From assembly GCA_963666835.2 (NCBI GenBank), contig CAXXGO010000006.1, positions 1,536,001 to 1,600,000 of the forward strand: a stretch of 64,000 nucleotides of DNA, written 5' to 3'. The stretch comes from Phycisphaerae bacterium (GTDB lineage: Bacteria > Planctomycetota > Phycisphaerae > UBA1845). This document shows positions 48,614 through 58,358 of the stretch, piece by piece. The stretch's first letter is position 1. The number at the start of each line of letters is the position of its first letter. The notes below the pieces were generated by a model. That model ran no database searches. It saw nothing but the letters and a program-made list of their open reading frames with translations, and was not told the DNA's origin. Both the position numbers and the translations under genes were made by a program.

Positions 48614-49726
48614 ATGACTATGGTTGATGCCAACACATCCCTAGCCGGCTTCGAGGGCGCCAAAGAGGCGGTCGACTGGGCCTGCCGTCCGCCGGTACTC
48701 ATGGCCGCAACTACCGCCGCCCTCGCCCTGCTTCTTGCCGGCTATCGCCGGCTGGCCAAACCGGTGTTGGGCGGGGTGGCGGCGCTTGCGGCAGTAGGGG
48801 CGTTGCTCCTTGGTTTGCAGGATGCGAACTTCCGGAGCATCGTCGCCAAGCCTGACAACGTGGCGATCATCGCGTTGGTCTTTGCGTTGGGCTTCTTTCT
48901 TGGGCGGGCGTTGCGTTCGGCTGCTATGAACGACAGACGTCGCGGGCAGGTCCGGCCGGATTCGCCGGATGGCGATGACGGCCTCGTGTTGACCTGGCCG
49001 GACTTGGTGTACGTGGAACTGATCGCGGTTCTGCTTGCAACGGCCGTTCTTATTGTATGGGCGATTCTGCTGCCGGCGCCGTTGGAGCAGCCGGCCGATC
49101 CGAACTGGGCTCCTAATCCGGCCAAGGCTCCGTGGTACTTCCTGGGGCTGCAGGAGATGTTGGTCTATTTCGATCCGTGGCTGGCCGGCGTGGTGTTCCC
49201 GGGGTTAATCATATTAGGGTTGCTGGCGATTCCGTACATCGACCGTAACCCTCGCGGCAACGGGTATTACACCGTGGCGGAGCGCCCTTTCGCGGTTTCG
49301 ACGTTCCTGTTTGGTTTCGTCGTCCTTGGCGTCCTGTTTATAGTGATCGGGACCTTTCTGCGCGGTCCGAACTGGAGTTTCTACGGTCCGTTTGAGTTCT
49401 GGGATCCTCACCGGCCGGGGGATCTCGCGCAGGTCGAACTTAGCAGCCTTTTCTGGGTTGACGTGATGGGCGGCGAGATTCCGGGCCATTGCCTGGTTCG
49501 GGAGTTGCCTGGGATCGTCTTGCTCGGGCTGTACTTCTTGTCCGGTCCGCTGCTTCTGAGGTTGACGGTCCTGCGGAGGATATACCGAAGTATGGGGTTT
49601 ATCCGTTACAGCATTATGACGTTTCTACTGCTTGCCATGCTGTTGCTGCCGATCAAAATGGTCCTCCGTTGGTCGCTGAACCTGCATTACATTATCGGGC
49701 TCGGCGAATGGTCGATGAACATCTGA
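48614..49726 (+). CDS. cytochrome b subunit IV-like protein, extended
   Basis: WPDL...PAPLEQPADP..PNPAKAPWYFLGLQE, IPYIDRNP. Confidence 0.88.
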   Translation: MTMVDANTSLAGFEGAKEAVDWACRPPVLMAATTAALALLLAGYRRLAKPVLGGVAALAAVGALLLGLQDANFRSIVAKPDNVAIIALVFALGFFLGRALRSAAMNDRRRGQVRPDSPDGDDGLVLTWPDLVYVELIAVLLATAVLIVWAILLPAPLEQPADPNWAPNPAKAPWYFLGLQEMLVYFDPWLAGVVFPGLIILGLLAIPYIDRNPRGNGYYTVAERPFAVSTFLFGFVVLGVLFIVIGTFLRGPNWSFYGPFEFWDPHRPGDLAQVELSSLFWVDVMGGEIPGHCLVRELPGIVLLGLYFLSGPLLLRLTVLRRIYRSMGFIRYSIMTFLLLAMLLLPIKMVLRWSLNLHYIIGLGEWSMNI

Positions 49727-49849
49727 GGATCTGTGGAACCGGTGTTCGTTTGGTCGGGGATGCTCGAAGTCGGTCCCGAGCCCGAGGGGCGATCGGGAGG
49801 CTGCAAGACCGGTGCCGCACGTGAAACGTAGGACGAAGGAGATTCGGAT

Positions 49850-50590
49850 ATGCGTATTGGTAGAACCTGGGTAGTGGCGATCGGCGCGGTGGTGGCACTG
49901 GCGGCGATGGAGTCTGCCGAGGGGCGTGGCCGCCAGACGATCATAAGGGGGTCGGTCGTCTTCAAGGGTGATCCGGCGAAGTATCCGCAGAAGGAGGTCG
50001 ATTGCTCGAAGGACCCGGCTTGTACCAAGGAGGGTAAGCAGATCCGCACGGAGAACGTGATTCTGAACGAGGCGACGGATCCGCCCACGATCCGAAACGT
50101 CTTGGTCTCTATCCAGGCAGGTATGGAGAAGCGGGCGTTTATGGTCCCGGAACAGCCGGTGACGTTGATTCAGCAGGATTGTCAGTTCCGGCCCCACGTA
50201 GTCGGCGTTGTTGCGGGCCAGGAGCTTCGGATTCTGAACGCGGACGATACGGAACGGCATATTCGTTTTGTGACTCACTCGAACGGGAAGCACGAGTTCA
50301 CTCAGCCGAAGAAAGACCTGGAGAAGGGGAAGCAGTTCAAGCTGGAGGCCGAAGCCCCGTTCAAGATCGTGTCGGAAACGCATCCGTGGATGAGCTGCTA
50401 CGTTGGAGTGTTCAATAACATGTTCTTCGGCGTTACCGGCAAGACCGGTATGTACGAGTTCCGCGGAATGCCGGCCGGGACATACACACTCGAAGCATGG
50501 CACGAGACTTTCGGTACATTGACGAAGGAAGTCACGATCAAAAAGGGCGAGACCACGGTGGTGGACTTCGTTTTCGAACCCGGCAAGTAG
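49850..50590 (+). CDS. secreted cupredoxin-like / carboxypeptidase-regulatory-like protein
   Basis: Signal peptide; QQDCQFRPHV, HPWM, GTYTLEAWHE. Confidence 0.8.
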   Translation: MRIGRTWVVAIGAVVALAAMESAEGRGRQTIIRGSVVFKGDPAKYPQKEVDCSKDPACTKEGKQIRTENVILNEATDPPTIRNVLVSIQAGMEKRAFMVPEQPVTLIQQDCQFRPHVVGVVAGQELRILNADDTERHIRFVTHSNGKHEFTQPKKDLEKGKQFKLEAEAPFKIVSETHPWMSCYVGVFNNMFFGVTGKTGMYEFRGMPAGTYTLEAWHETFGTLTKEVTIKKGETTVVDFVFEPGK

Positions 50591-50737
50591 TCGGCGGTTG
50601 AGCGGGGCCTGTCGTTCGGTGATCGCTGTTTTGACGTCCCTTGCCTGGATCTTTGCGGCTGGGTACAGTCGGCAACGAGTCGGCCGGCTGGTGTCGGCCG
50701 TGGTCAGGCCGGGGATACATGGTGGAAGGGAGTCCTC

Positions 50738-50821
50738 ATGTTCAACGCGATTATCTACGCCATATTGTTTTTCGGACTAGCGTACGCGGTGTCGCTTTTT
50801 GCGCTTGTGCAGACGGTCTGA
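50738..50821 (+). CDS. putative 27-aa membrane peptide
   Basis: GGGAG RBS; MFNAIIYAILFFGLAYAVSLFALVQTV. Confidence 0.45.
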   Translation: MFNAIIYAILFFGLAYAVSLFALVQTV

Positions 50822-50872
50822 TTGAACAGAAGCGAAGCCGGCTCTTGAGAGTCGGGTTGGAGGTTTCCAGGG

Positions 50873-50953
50873 ATGTCGATTTTCGTTCTATTCACGGCGC
50901 TGTTGATGTCGGTGTACTTCGGGGTTCTGGATTTTATCGTCCAGACGGCCTGA
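50873..50953 (+). CDS. putative 26-aa membrane peptide
   Basis: GGAGG RBS; MSIFVLFTALLMSVYFGVLDFIVQTA. Confidence 0.45.
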   Translation: MSIFVLFTALLMSVYFGVLDFIVQTA

Positions 50954-51042
50954 CAGCGTGGCGCCGGTAACCTGGGCGTTTCAGGATGCCCTGATAGCAC
51001 GTGTCTCGACCACGGTGGTTTCTCAGAACCGGTCGCGCGGGG

Positions 51043-51072
51043 TTGACAGGAGTGCCTGGGTTTGCCGATAAT
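51043..51072 (+). promoter_or_regulatory. sigma70-type promoter upstream of tRNA-Tyr
   Basis: TTGACA-18-GATAAT. Confidence 0.55.
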
Positions 51073-51178
51073 CCCTCCCGGATCGCAACTGGCGAGGGGG
51101 CGGGCGATGCTGCTCCGCTTCTTCCTCCAGAGAGATGCAGAACAATCCGATGTCCCGTCTGCGCGGGGCATGAAGATT

Positions 51179-51262
51179 GGGCGTGTGCCCGAGTTGGCCA
51201 AAGGGGACGGGCTGTAAACCCGTTGGCGTATGCCTTCGAAGGTTCGAATCCTTCCGCGCCCA
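51179..51262 (+). tRNA. tRNA-Tyr(GTA)
   Basis: GGGCGTG/CGCGCCC acceptor stem; ACGGG-CTGTAAA-CCCGT anticodon arm; long variable arm; GGTTCGAATCC. Confidence 0.96.
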
Positions 51263-51286
51263 GTTAAACTTGCATAGTTGCGAGCC

Positions 51287-52177
51287 ATGCGCATCTCTGA
51301 ACTACTTAGGGTGGGTGCTCCCGCTCTGTCGTTCGAGTTCTTCCCTCCGAAAGATGATCTGGGATTCTGGGATCTTTATCGAACCGTGGAATCCCTGAAG
51401 CCGCTCGCCCCGGCGTTCGTGTCGGTCACCTATGGCGCCGGCGGGGCCACCCGGCGCAAGACGATCGATCTGGTTGCCCGAATCAAGAGCGACATTGGAA
51501 TCGAGAGCATGGCCCATCTGACGTGCGTCGGCGCGTCTCAAAGCGAACTCGGGGCGGTTATTGACCGTATTGAATGCTCGGGGATCGAGAACGTCCTGGC
51601 ACTTCGCGGTGATCCGCCCCATGGGCAGGCTTGCTTCGCCCCGGTTGCGGGCGGGTTCACCCATGCTAGTGACTTGGTCAGGTTCGTGCGTGAACGGTGT
51701 GGTTTGTGCGTCGGCGCCGCGTGCTATCCGGAAGGCCACCCGGAGTCGCCGAACCAGGCTAGCGATCTGGACCATCTGCGGCATAAGGTCGACGTCGGCG
51801 CCGAGTTCCTGATAAGCCAGTTGTTCTTCGACAACAGTCTATTCCTGGCCTTTCGGGAGCGGGCAGAGCGGGTGGGCATCAGGGTGCCCATTATTGCGGG
51901 AATCATGCCGATATTGACGGTCGGTCAGGTCAAACGCTTCACCGGCATTTGTGGAGCCACGATTCCGCCCGAGCTGTTGAGCAAGATCGAGGCGGTCGAA
52001 GACGACGCGGAAGCCGTCAGTCATATCGGCATGTACCATGCGACTCGGCAGTGCGAAGACCTGCTCAGGCAGAATGTGGCCGGAATCCACTTCTATACGT
52101 TGAACAGGTCTACCTCCACGCGGGCGATCTACCAAGTGATTAGGGCCGGCCTTCCTGCCCCGGCCGTAGCTCCGTGA
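51287..52177 (+). CDS. metF: 5,10-methylenetetrahydrofolate reductase
   Basis: SFEFFPPK, SVTYGAGG, AHLTC, LALRGD, YPEGH, SQLFFD, HFYTLN. Confidence 0.96.
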   Translation: MRISELLRVGAPALSFEFFPPKDDLGFWDLYRTVESLKPLAPAFVSVTYGAGGATRRKTIDLVARIKSDIGIESMAHLTCVGASQSELGAVIDRIECSGIENVLALRGDPPHGQACFAPVAGGFTHASDLVRFVRERCGLCVGAACYPEGHPESPNQASDLDHLRHKVDVGAEFLISQLFFDNSLFLAFRERAERVGIRVPIIAGIMPILTVGQVKRFTGICGATIPPELLSKIEAVEDDAEAVSHIGMYHATRQCEDLLRQNVAGIHFYTLNRSTSTRAIYQVIRAGLPAPAVAP

Positions 52178-52202
52178 TAAGGCTGCGACCGGTGCTGCTG
52201 CG

Positions 52203-52604
52203 TCATGCCGTACCGGAGTCCGCCTGAGAGGCGATTAGGATGATCCCCGCTAACACCAGCCCGATGCCCAGCATCTGTCGGCGGGTTAGAGTCTCTGCCA
52301 GCGCGGGATGGACCCGGGCAAAAACGGCAATCAGCGCGAAACCGCCTCCGACCATAATCGGATAGGCGATGCTGATCTTAAGCGCCCGACTCTGCAGAGC
52401 GTACATGTAGAATGCCGCGTTGATTCCGAAGCAGAACAGGCCGAGCATAAGCGTCCCGCTGGTCACGACCGCTTTGATGCCGGCGACGATTCCGTCCCGC
52501 AATACTCCGCCGGATTGCTCGATCGGCTTCATCCCGATCTTCATGAGCAGGTTTGCACTTGCGTTCAGGATAAGCGCAATTGCCAGAGCGATCACGTATT
52601 TCAT
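52203..52604 (-). CDS. small DMT/SMR-superfamily membrane protein
   Basis: Four TMs; NASANLLMK, ISIAYPIM, ETLTRRQMLGIGL. Confidence 0.8.
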   Translation of the reverse strand: MKYVIALAIALILNASANLLMKIGMKPIEQSGGVLRDGIVAGIKAVVTSGTLMLGLFCFGINAAFYMYALQSRALKISIAYPIMVGGGFALIAVFARVHPALAETLTRRQMLGIGLVLAGIILIASQADSGTA

Positions 52605-52834
52605 CAGCGTCAATCCTTGAGTAATCGGGTGTCGATGCACGGCCTGCGGCCGGCACCGGATTGGATTAGGGCGCACTCTCTCGGGGGATCGCAAGCGGCC
52701 GCCGGGACCCCGGAAACGAGGAGTCGACTCCGCTCAACGCAAAGCTCTGCGTATTACTTCTGCAAGTCAAGCCGTCCGAGGCGCTCCGGTTCGATCGGCT
52801 TGTCTGGCCGGCACCGTTTCCTGGTCAGTCGCCC

Positions 52835-55800
52835 CTACCACCGCAAGCGCCGCAGCCACAATAGGGATCCCATTCCGAGGAGCATCGGGATCATGCCGAT
52901 TGCCCCGCAGATTGAAGCTGATCCCCCCGGGCCTTCTGCGCCGCACCCGTCACAGACCGGCTCTACCACGATGTTGTCGTCATCTCCGGGCAACACCGTA
53001 ATACGTTTCGAAGCGGTCGTCGTGAAGGTCGCGCCGCTGGAGCTGGCAATGGTCACCGTGGCGGTGATTGGGAGCCGCAGCTCCACTCCGGTGTTATTGA
53101 CGTAAGTGTGGGTGGCGAACAGGCTGGTAGTCTGGGTGCCGTCGCCGAGATCCCACAGGACCGATTGGACCGTACCGTCAACGTCGGTTGCGTCGATACT
53201 CAGCTCGACCTGGAGCGGAGAGGTCCCCCCGCCGATATCAGAGCCAACCGTTCCCGGGATACCAATGACGATTTGGATATCTGCCGCGCCGACCGTGTCG
53301 CTGTCGTCCGTTCCGTCCGCTCCCGTGACCCTAATCGACGTCTGGGCGTATCCGATGTTGTCCTCGGTATCGTACATTGTCAGCCGGGCGATGAAGGTCT
53401 TGGACTCGCCGGCCGCGACAACGTAAGTGTGCGAATCGCTTCGACTGGTTGAGTCTACGGTAACCGAGTCGTCGATGTCGAAATCCCAAGCGGTACGGCT
53501 TTCGTCGATCGGTAACGTGCTGGACGCGTTGCCGCTGAAGTACACGGTTAGGGGTGACGTTCCCTCCAAAGGTGAGACGCTTATGGTCACCTTAGGTCCG
53601 ACGCTCGGATCGGTTGTGGTTCCCGAACCGCCAGAACCGGAATCGCCGGTCTTGCCCGGCGGAAGTTCCCCGTTGTCCCCGACGTTTCCGTCGGTGTCCA
53701 GACTGACCCCGAACGAGTATCGCCCGATCAAGCTCCGCCCGTAGATCGCGAAGTACTTGGTCCCGGAAGCATCATAGTTAACGCACTGTTGTTCGCCGGC
53801 TTCGCAATCGCCCTCCACGGCGGATCCGCATACCAGACCGCATCCGATTGCCAGTACGCTGACGTTCGCCGGCAGATTCTCGAGCACGGCACTCTTGCAT
53901 CCGACCTGGTCAGCGTCATAGCACTTCCCGTCTTCCGGAACGAAGTCGAACGGTCCGCTGCTTTCCAATACCAGATACTCGTCAACCGTCTGGAGAATCT
54001 CGACATCGCTGTCTTCGTCGTCGGGATCCTCTTCCGCGGTATCATCTTCCTCCGTGAACTCCAGCGTATCCCCGTTCCTAAGCCACGTAATTCGATGATT
54101 GTCCGCATCCAGCATAACCTGGGCAGCACGTTCCGGCCAAGTGCGGCCACCGTTGTCCAGGGATTCGCTGGCGGCCTCGACCGCTCGCTCGGCGTTAATC
54201 CGTCCATAGCCGTATCGTAGACTTCGATCCGTTATCCCGTCGTAGTCGGCGTCCTCGGTGTCGATCTTGTCGCACGTGTGTTCAAGGATGAGACGTACGT
54301 CCGTCGCGGTCAACTGCGGATTGATGGACAGGATCATTGCCGCCACGCCGGCTGCTACCGGGCAGGCTGCCGAGGTGCCCATGAAACTGTCGGTATACAG
54401 CCCGGCCGCGTCCAGTTCCGGATCACCGTATGCGTCGAATCCGCCGATGTTGTAGCCCGCATCGACGTAATCTGCGTCGTCGTCGTTGTCCGTCGTGACC
54501 AACTCTCCGTAGCTGTCGCCGCCCGGGGCCAGCACGTCGATGTCCGGACCATAATTGCTGTACTCGGTGATGCTGTCGTTGATGTTACTTGCCCCGACAC
54601 CTATCACGGTGGGCAAAGTCGACAGGTCGCTGTCCGTTCCCAAGTACGCTCCCGGGCCGAAGTTGTTTACTCCGTTCCCCGAGGCGAACAAGAGGACCAT
54701 TCCGCGCGGCGGGGAGTCGCCGTCTTCGCCGTCAGTATCCCGACCTTCGTTGAACGCGGTTTCGAGGGCTTCCTCCAGGATTGCGGGAATGGGCGTGCCG
54801 AAGTCCAGACCCCAACTGTTAATGTGGACGTCCACCTCTTGCTGGCGAGCAAACAGATAAGCATTGGCCGTCTCCGCGTCGGAGAGAATCAGCAGGCCGC
54901 GCGATGCCGTGAACCGTGACAGGTATGCGACACCACGACCGCCGACGCTGTTGGCGCAGGCTACTGCCAACCCCATGACCGCCGTACCATGACTGTCACC
55001 CAACTGCTTGGGGCGGGGATCCGTAAAACCGCTGGCCGTGGACGGCAGGCTGGGGTCGTTACCGGTGCCGAGATAGTTACCTCGGAGATCCTCGTGATCC
55101 ACATCGCATGAGTCGTCCAGCATGCCGACGAGGATGCCTACGCCCTCGGCCCCCATCTCCCATGCCTCCGGAGCGCTGATGTCCGCCCCCAGGGTACCTC
55201 CGTCTTGCCCGGTGTTGTTCAAATGCCACTGATGGGTGTAATACTCATCGTCGGCAACGGTCTGTCGAGTATGCCGGGGAGCCCGGAAGTTCGGCTGCGC
55301 CCAGACGATTCGAGAATCCTTGGTCATGGCCTCGGCTCTGAGCACCTCATCGTCGCCATCGTCAACCGGACGCACGCACGATACTCCCGGCATGCCGGCG
55401 ATATCCTCGACGAGGGCCAAACGATAGTCCGCCATGAGCTGGGCTCTGGCTTCCGCCCCTAGATCGCTACGGGTACGCATGGCGATCGTACCGGTCGAGA
55501 GTACGGGGCTGTCACAGCCTTCGTAGTAATAAACCGGGTGGACTTCGGTGACGGCCGCGTCCTGCAACACGAGCCCCCGACGCCGGGCGGTTGTGTCGGC
55601 AACCCGCATTAGCTTGTAGCGCGAATCACTCGTCCCCCGGATGTCCTCAATGACGCCGTAGCCGCTGGAGGCGAGACGACGGGCGGATTTATCCACGGAT
55701 TCGGAGTCGGCGAAGCTCACCGCGAATTCGTTCTCGGATTTGATCACCCGGATCTTCGACCCATCCCGCTTCACCACGAACCGATCCTGGGCGAACGTGG

Positions 55801-55897
55801 AACCGGCGAAGCCGGTCAATACGCCGATGACCACCGCGCCCCGCAGGACGCGACCGGACCAGGACTTTGCGCAGCACAACCCGTGCAGAGAAATCAT
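52835..55897 (-). CDS. secreted S8 subtilase with PKD domains and C-terminal CG-TM-RR tail
   Basis: Catalytic triad MLDD / SHGTAVMG / GTSAACP; WDFD and WDLGDG PKD motifs. Confidence 0.92.
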   Translation of the reverse strand: MISLHGLCCAKSWSGRVLRGAVVIGVLTGFAGSTFAQDRFVVKRDGSKIRVIKSENEFAVSFADSESVDKSARRLASSGYGVIEDIRGTSDSRYKLMRVADTTARRRGLVLQDAAVTEVHPVYYYEGCDSPVLSTGTIAMRTRSDLGAEARAQLMADYRLALVEDIAGMPGVSCVRPVDDGDDEVLRAEAMTKDSRIVWAQPNFRAPRHTRQTVADDEYYTHQWHLNNTGQDGGTLGADISAPEAWEMGAEGVGILVGMLDDSCDVDHEDLRGNYLGTGNDPSLPSTASGFTDPRPKQLGDSHGTAVMGLAVACANSVGGRGVAYLSRFTASRGLLILSDAETANAYLFARQQEVDVHINSWGLDFGTPIPAILEEALETAFNEGRDTDGEDGDSPPRGMVLLFASGNGVNNFGPGAYLGTDSDLSTLPTVIGVGASNINDSITEYSNYGPDIDVLAPGGDSYGELVTTDNDDDADYVDAGYNIGGFDAYGDPELDAAGLYTDSFMGTSAACPVAAGVAAMILSINPQLTATDVRLILEHTCDKIDTEDADYDGITDRSLRYGYGRINAERAVEAASESLDNGGRTWPERAAQVMLDADNHRITWLRNGDTLEFTEEDDTAEEDPDDEDSDVEILQTVDEYLVLESSGPFDFVPEDGKCYDADQVGCKSAVLENLPANVSVLAIGCGLVCGSAVEGDCEAGEQQCVNYDASGTKYFAIYGRSLIGRYSFGVSLDTDGNVGDNGELPPGKTGDSGSGGSGTTTDPSVGPKVTISVSPLEGTSPLTVYFSGNASSTLPIDESRTAWDFDIDDSVTVDSTSRSDSHTYVVAAGESKTFIARLTMYDTEDNIGYAQTSIRVTGADGTDDSDTVGAADIQIVIGIPGTVGSDIGGGTSPLQVELSIDATDVDGTVQSVLWDLGDGTQTTSLFATHTYVNNTGVELRLPITATVTIASSSGATFTTTASKRITVLPGDDDNIVVEPVCDGCGAEGPGGSASICGAIGMIPMLLGMGSLLWLRRLRW

Positions 55898-56227
55898 TCG
55901 CTGTTCACCTTTCCGTTGTCTTCTCGCAGGCACATCCCCACGAAAGCTAACGTCGACAAGACTCGCTGGTAAGCAGGCGTTACCCGGCATCCGCCGATAC
56001 TACAAGCCCAGGAGGATTACTCGCCGTCGGACTGCTCACCCCATTAGAGCTAATCCATCCGCGCTCTGCCGCGGGCAGAGTCTCCTCAACGCCTTCAGCC
56101 GGTACTGTCAACGCCCCGTATTGTTCGAGCGGGTCAGCAGCCTGTCAAGCGCCGCGAGCCCCTGGAAGAGGGTTCGGACCGGTAACGCGGTACGCGGATC
56201 CGCCGGTTAGGGGGCATCGACCTGACG

Positions 56228-56731
56228 CTACCCGCCGGCGCGGATCCACGCCTGAAGGGCTTTTTCATCGAACAACACCCAACGCACGAGTTGCGGTCCG
56301 CCGGGAACTTCGAGTTCGCCCCGAACTGCGGCCAGAGCCACTTTGGCCGCTTCACTCACGGGATATCCGTACACCCCGCAGCTGATTGCCGGAAACGCAA
56401 CCGATGCGCAGCCGTGTTTCCGGGCGAGAGCCATGCAGCATCGGTGGCAGGAGGCTAACAGATCGGCCTCGCCCTGACCGCCGCCGTGCCAGACCGGCCC
56501 GACTGTGTGGATTACGTAACGAGCCGGCAGTAAGTGTCCACCGGTAATCCGGGCTTGTCCGGTCGGACATCCTCCCAGTTTGCGGCATTCCTCAAGCAGG
56601 CCCGGCCCGGCCGCCCGGTGAATCGCTCCATCCACGCCCCCTCCGCCCAGAAGGGTCTCGTTCGCCGCATTGACGATCGCGTCCACCTTCTGTTTGGTGA
56701 TGTCACCCTGTACGATTTCAATCTTCTCCAT
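56228..56731 (-). CDS. macrodomain O-acetyl-ADP-ribose deacetylase (YmdB-like)
   Basis: [40 protein letters not shown]. Confidence 0.95.
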   Translation of the reverse strand: MEKIEIVQGDITKQKVDAIVNAANETLLGGGGVDGAIHRAAGPGLLEECRKLGGCPTGQARITGGHLLPARYVIHTVGPVWHGGGQGEADLLASCHRCCMALARKHGCASVAFPAISCGVYGYPVSEAAKVALAAVRGELEVPGGPQLVRWVLFDEKALQAWIRAGG

Positions 56732-58079
56732 CGCTGGCTCCGGTTTCTTCCACTGTTAACACCGCCCGCGATGTGCTGGTGTCGGGACGGAACAGTGCGG
56801 TTTTGTCTATCAGGCCCGCCGAGTGGTGCTCGGCGAACCCCAGGATTAGCCGCGCGGGAGTATCCCGGTGCCGCAGCTTGTGGCATCGCTCGAAGGACCT
56901 GCGGTGCGGGCTGCCGGTCAATGCCCACGTCAACCGCTCCCTGACCCCACCCGCACGGCGAATCTCCACAGAGAGTCCGGAATCGGTGGGGGGCTCGCTT
57001 TCGTCGCCGGGCAGGAGCGTTTTTTCTAGGATCCGACGCCACTCGTCGAGGCTACGGTCGGGCACCGAGGGTTCTGCAAACACATGACGACGTTCCAGGA
57101 TCAAGGCCACCGTGGCTTTCCATCCGTTGCCCACCGCGACGGACGAAAAGTACTTGCCGTCGCGTCGCAGTCGTCGGTCGCGATGGCGGGCCAGCCCGGC
57201 CGAACACGCGATGCGGAGGGCTGCTGCTCGGCCCGCCAACTGCCGGATCAGCGCGGGCGTGGCCGATCCGGCTCCGTATGGCCAACGCAGCGTTACATAA
57301 GCGATAAGGAACCGCAGTCGCTGCGTTTGTGTTGCGCGACGATGAAAATGCTGGTCGAGTTGAGCCAGCGCCAGGCAGCATAACGGAGCACAAGCCGGTT
57401 GGCGGCTCAGGGAGGACGGGTGAACGTCGACGAACATGGCGGTTATCCCGCCGTCTTGGTCCTTGCTGAGGATTATATTGTCCGGGTGCCCGTCGCCGTG
57501 GACGAACCCCAAACCGTGGGCGGTGGCATACAATCGAGCGACGGCCTCGATAATCGGAGTTGTGGTGCCGATTGCCGACGGTGAGTTCCGGGATTCGGGC
57601 GACGGCGCCCAGGCGTTTGTCAGCTTCTCTGCCTGCGAAGGGCACTCGGTGACCAGGACACTCTGCCCTGCCCGCCCAGCCCGGATGGCCACACCCAGGC
57701 TCCGGACTGTCGGGACCCCGCGCACCTCAGCTTTGGTCAAGAGCCGCCATTCCCGTTCACCGGGGCTGCCCAGCACGAACGACTTGGCCTTGTCCAGGAT
57801 TCCGGTCTCCTGGGCTAACTTGGCGTATACGGTATGTGTTCCCAGCTCCACCCGATAAGTTGCTCGGCCGTGCCCGCGCTTGACCAAGGTGGCGCACGGA
57901 ACGCGCTCGAGGGCGAACCAGTCGGGGCTTCCCGGTCCGAGCAGCGCTTCGTACCAGCCCCGCCGCACGCACCAATGTTCGGAATCAGCGTTCTCACGAA
58001 TGTCCCAGCCATCCTGCGGGCGGGAGGCGATCGTCTTGGCAAGTCGAATGGTGGATGCGGCGAGCGACATTACTGCCAA
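56718..58079 (-). CDS. lipopolysaccharide kinase (Kdo/WaaP)-family protein
   Basis: [28 protein letters not shown]; start may be the ATG at 58070. Confidence 0.8.
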   Translation of the reverse strand: MAVMSLAASTIRLAKTIASRPQDGWDIRENADSEHWCVRRGWYEALLGPGSPDWFALERVPCATLVKRGHGRATYRVELGTHTVYAKLAQETGILDKAKSFVLGSPGEREWRLLTKAEVRGVPTVRSLGVAIRAGRAGQSVLVTECPSQAEKLTNAWAPSPESRNSPSAIGTTTPIIEAVARLYATAHGLGFVHGDGHPDNIILSKDQDGGITAMFVDVHPSSLSRQPACAPLCCLALAQLDQHFHRRATQTQRLRFLIAYVTLRWPYGAGSATPALIRQLAGRAAALRIACSAGLARHRDRRLRRDGKYFSSVAVGNGWKATVALILERRHVFAEPSVPDRSLDEWRRILEKTLLPGDESEPPTDSGLSVEIRRAGGVRERLTWALTGSPHRRSFERCHKLRHRDTPARLILGFAEHHSAGLIDKTALFRPDTSTSRAVLTVEETGASDGED

Positions 58080-58358
58080 TCTACTTTCGGCCTCGCGTCA
58101 ACGACCGGGGCTCGCGGTTCCGTTTCGTCTGACCCCGATCCGGGGCTCAGGCACGTAGTGTACCGGCGGACGCCGAACTTGGTTAGCTGCGCGAGTGAAT
58201 GCCGGGATTCTGGCCGGTATTGGCGTACTGACCGATAATGGAACTTGACGCTGCTTAAGGCAGGCGATGCCGGCTGGGCTCGGGATCGGTCCTTGGACCC
58301 GCCGGGCGCCGGCCCGGAGGCGTTTGCTCCGTTTGGAGAACGTAAGGGTGCCGATCAG

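Noticed and set aside
51060..51178. SAM riboswitch upstream of metF
   Set aside because: No SAM-I consensus recognised; the region is a tRNA promoter/leader
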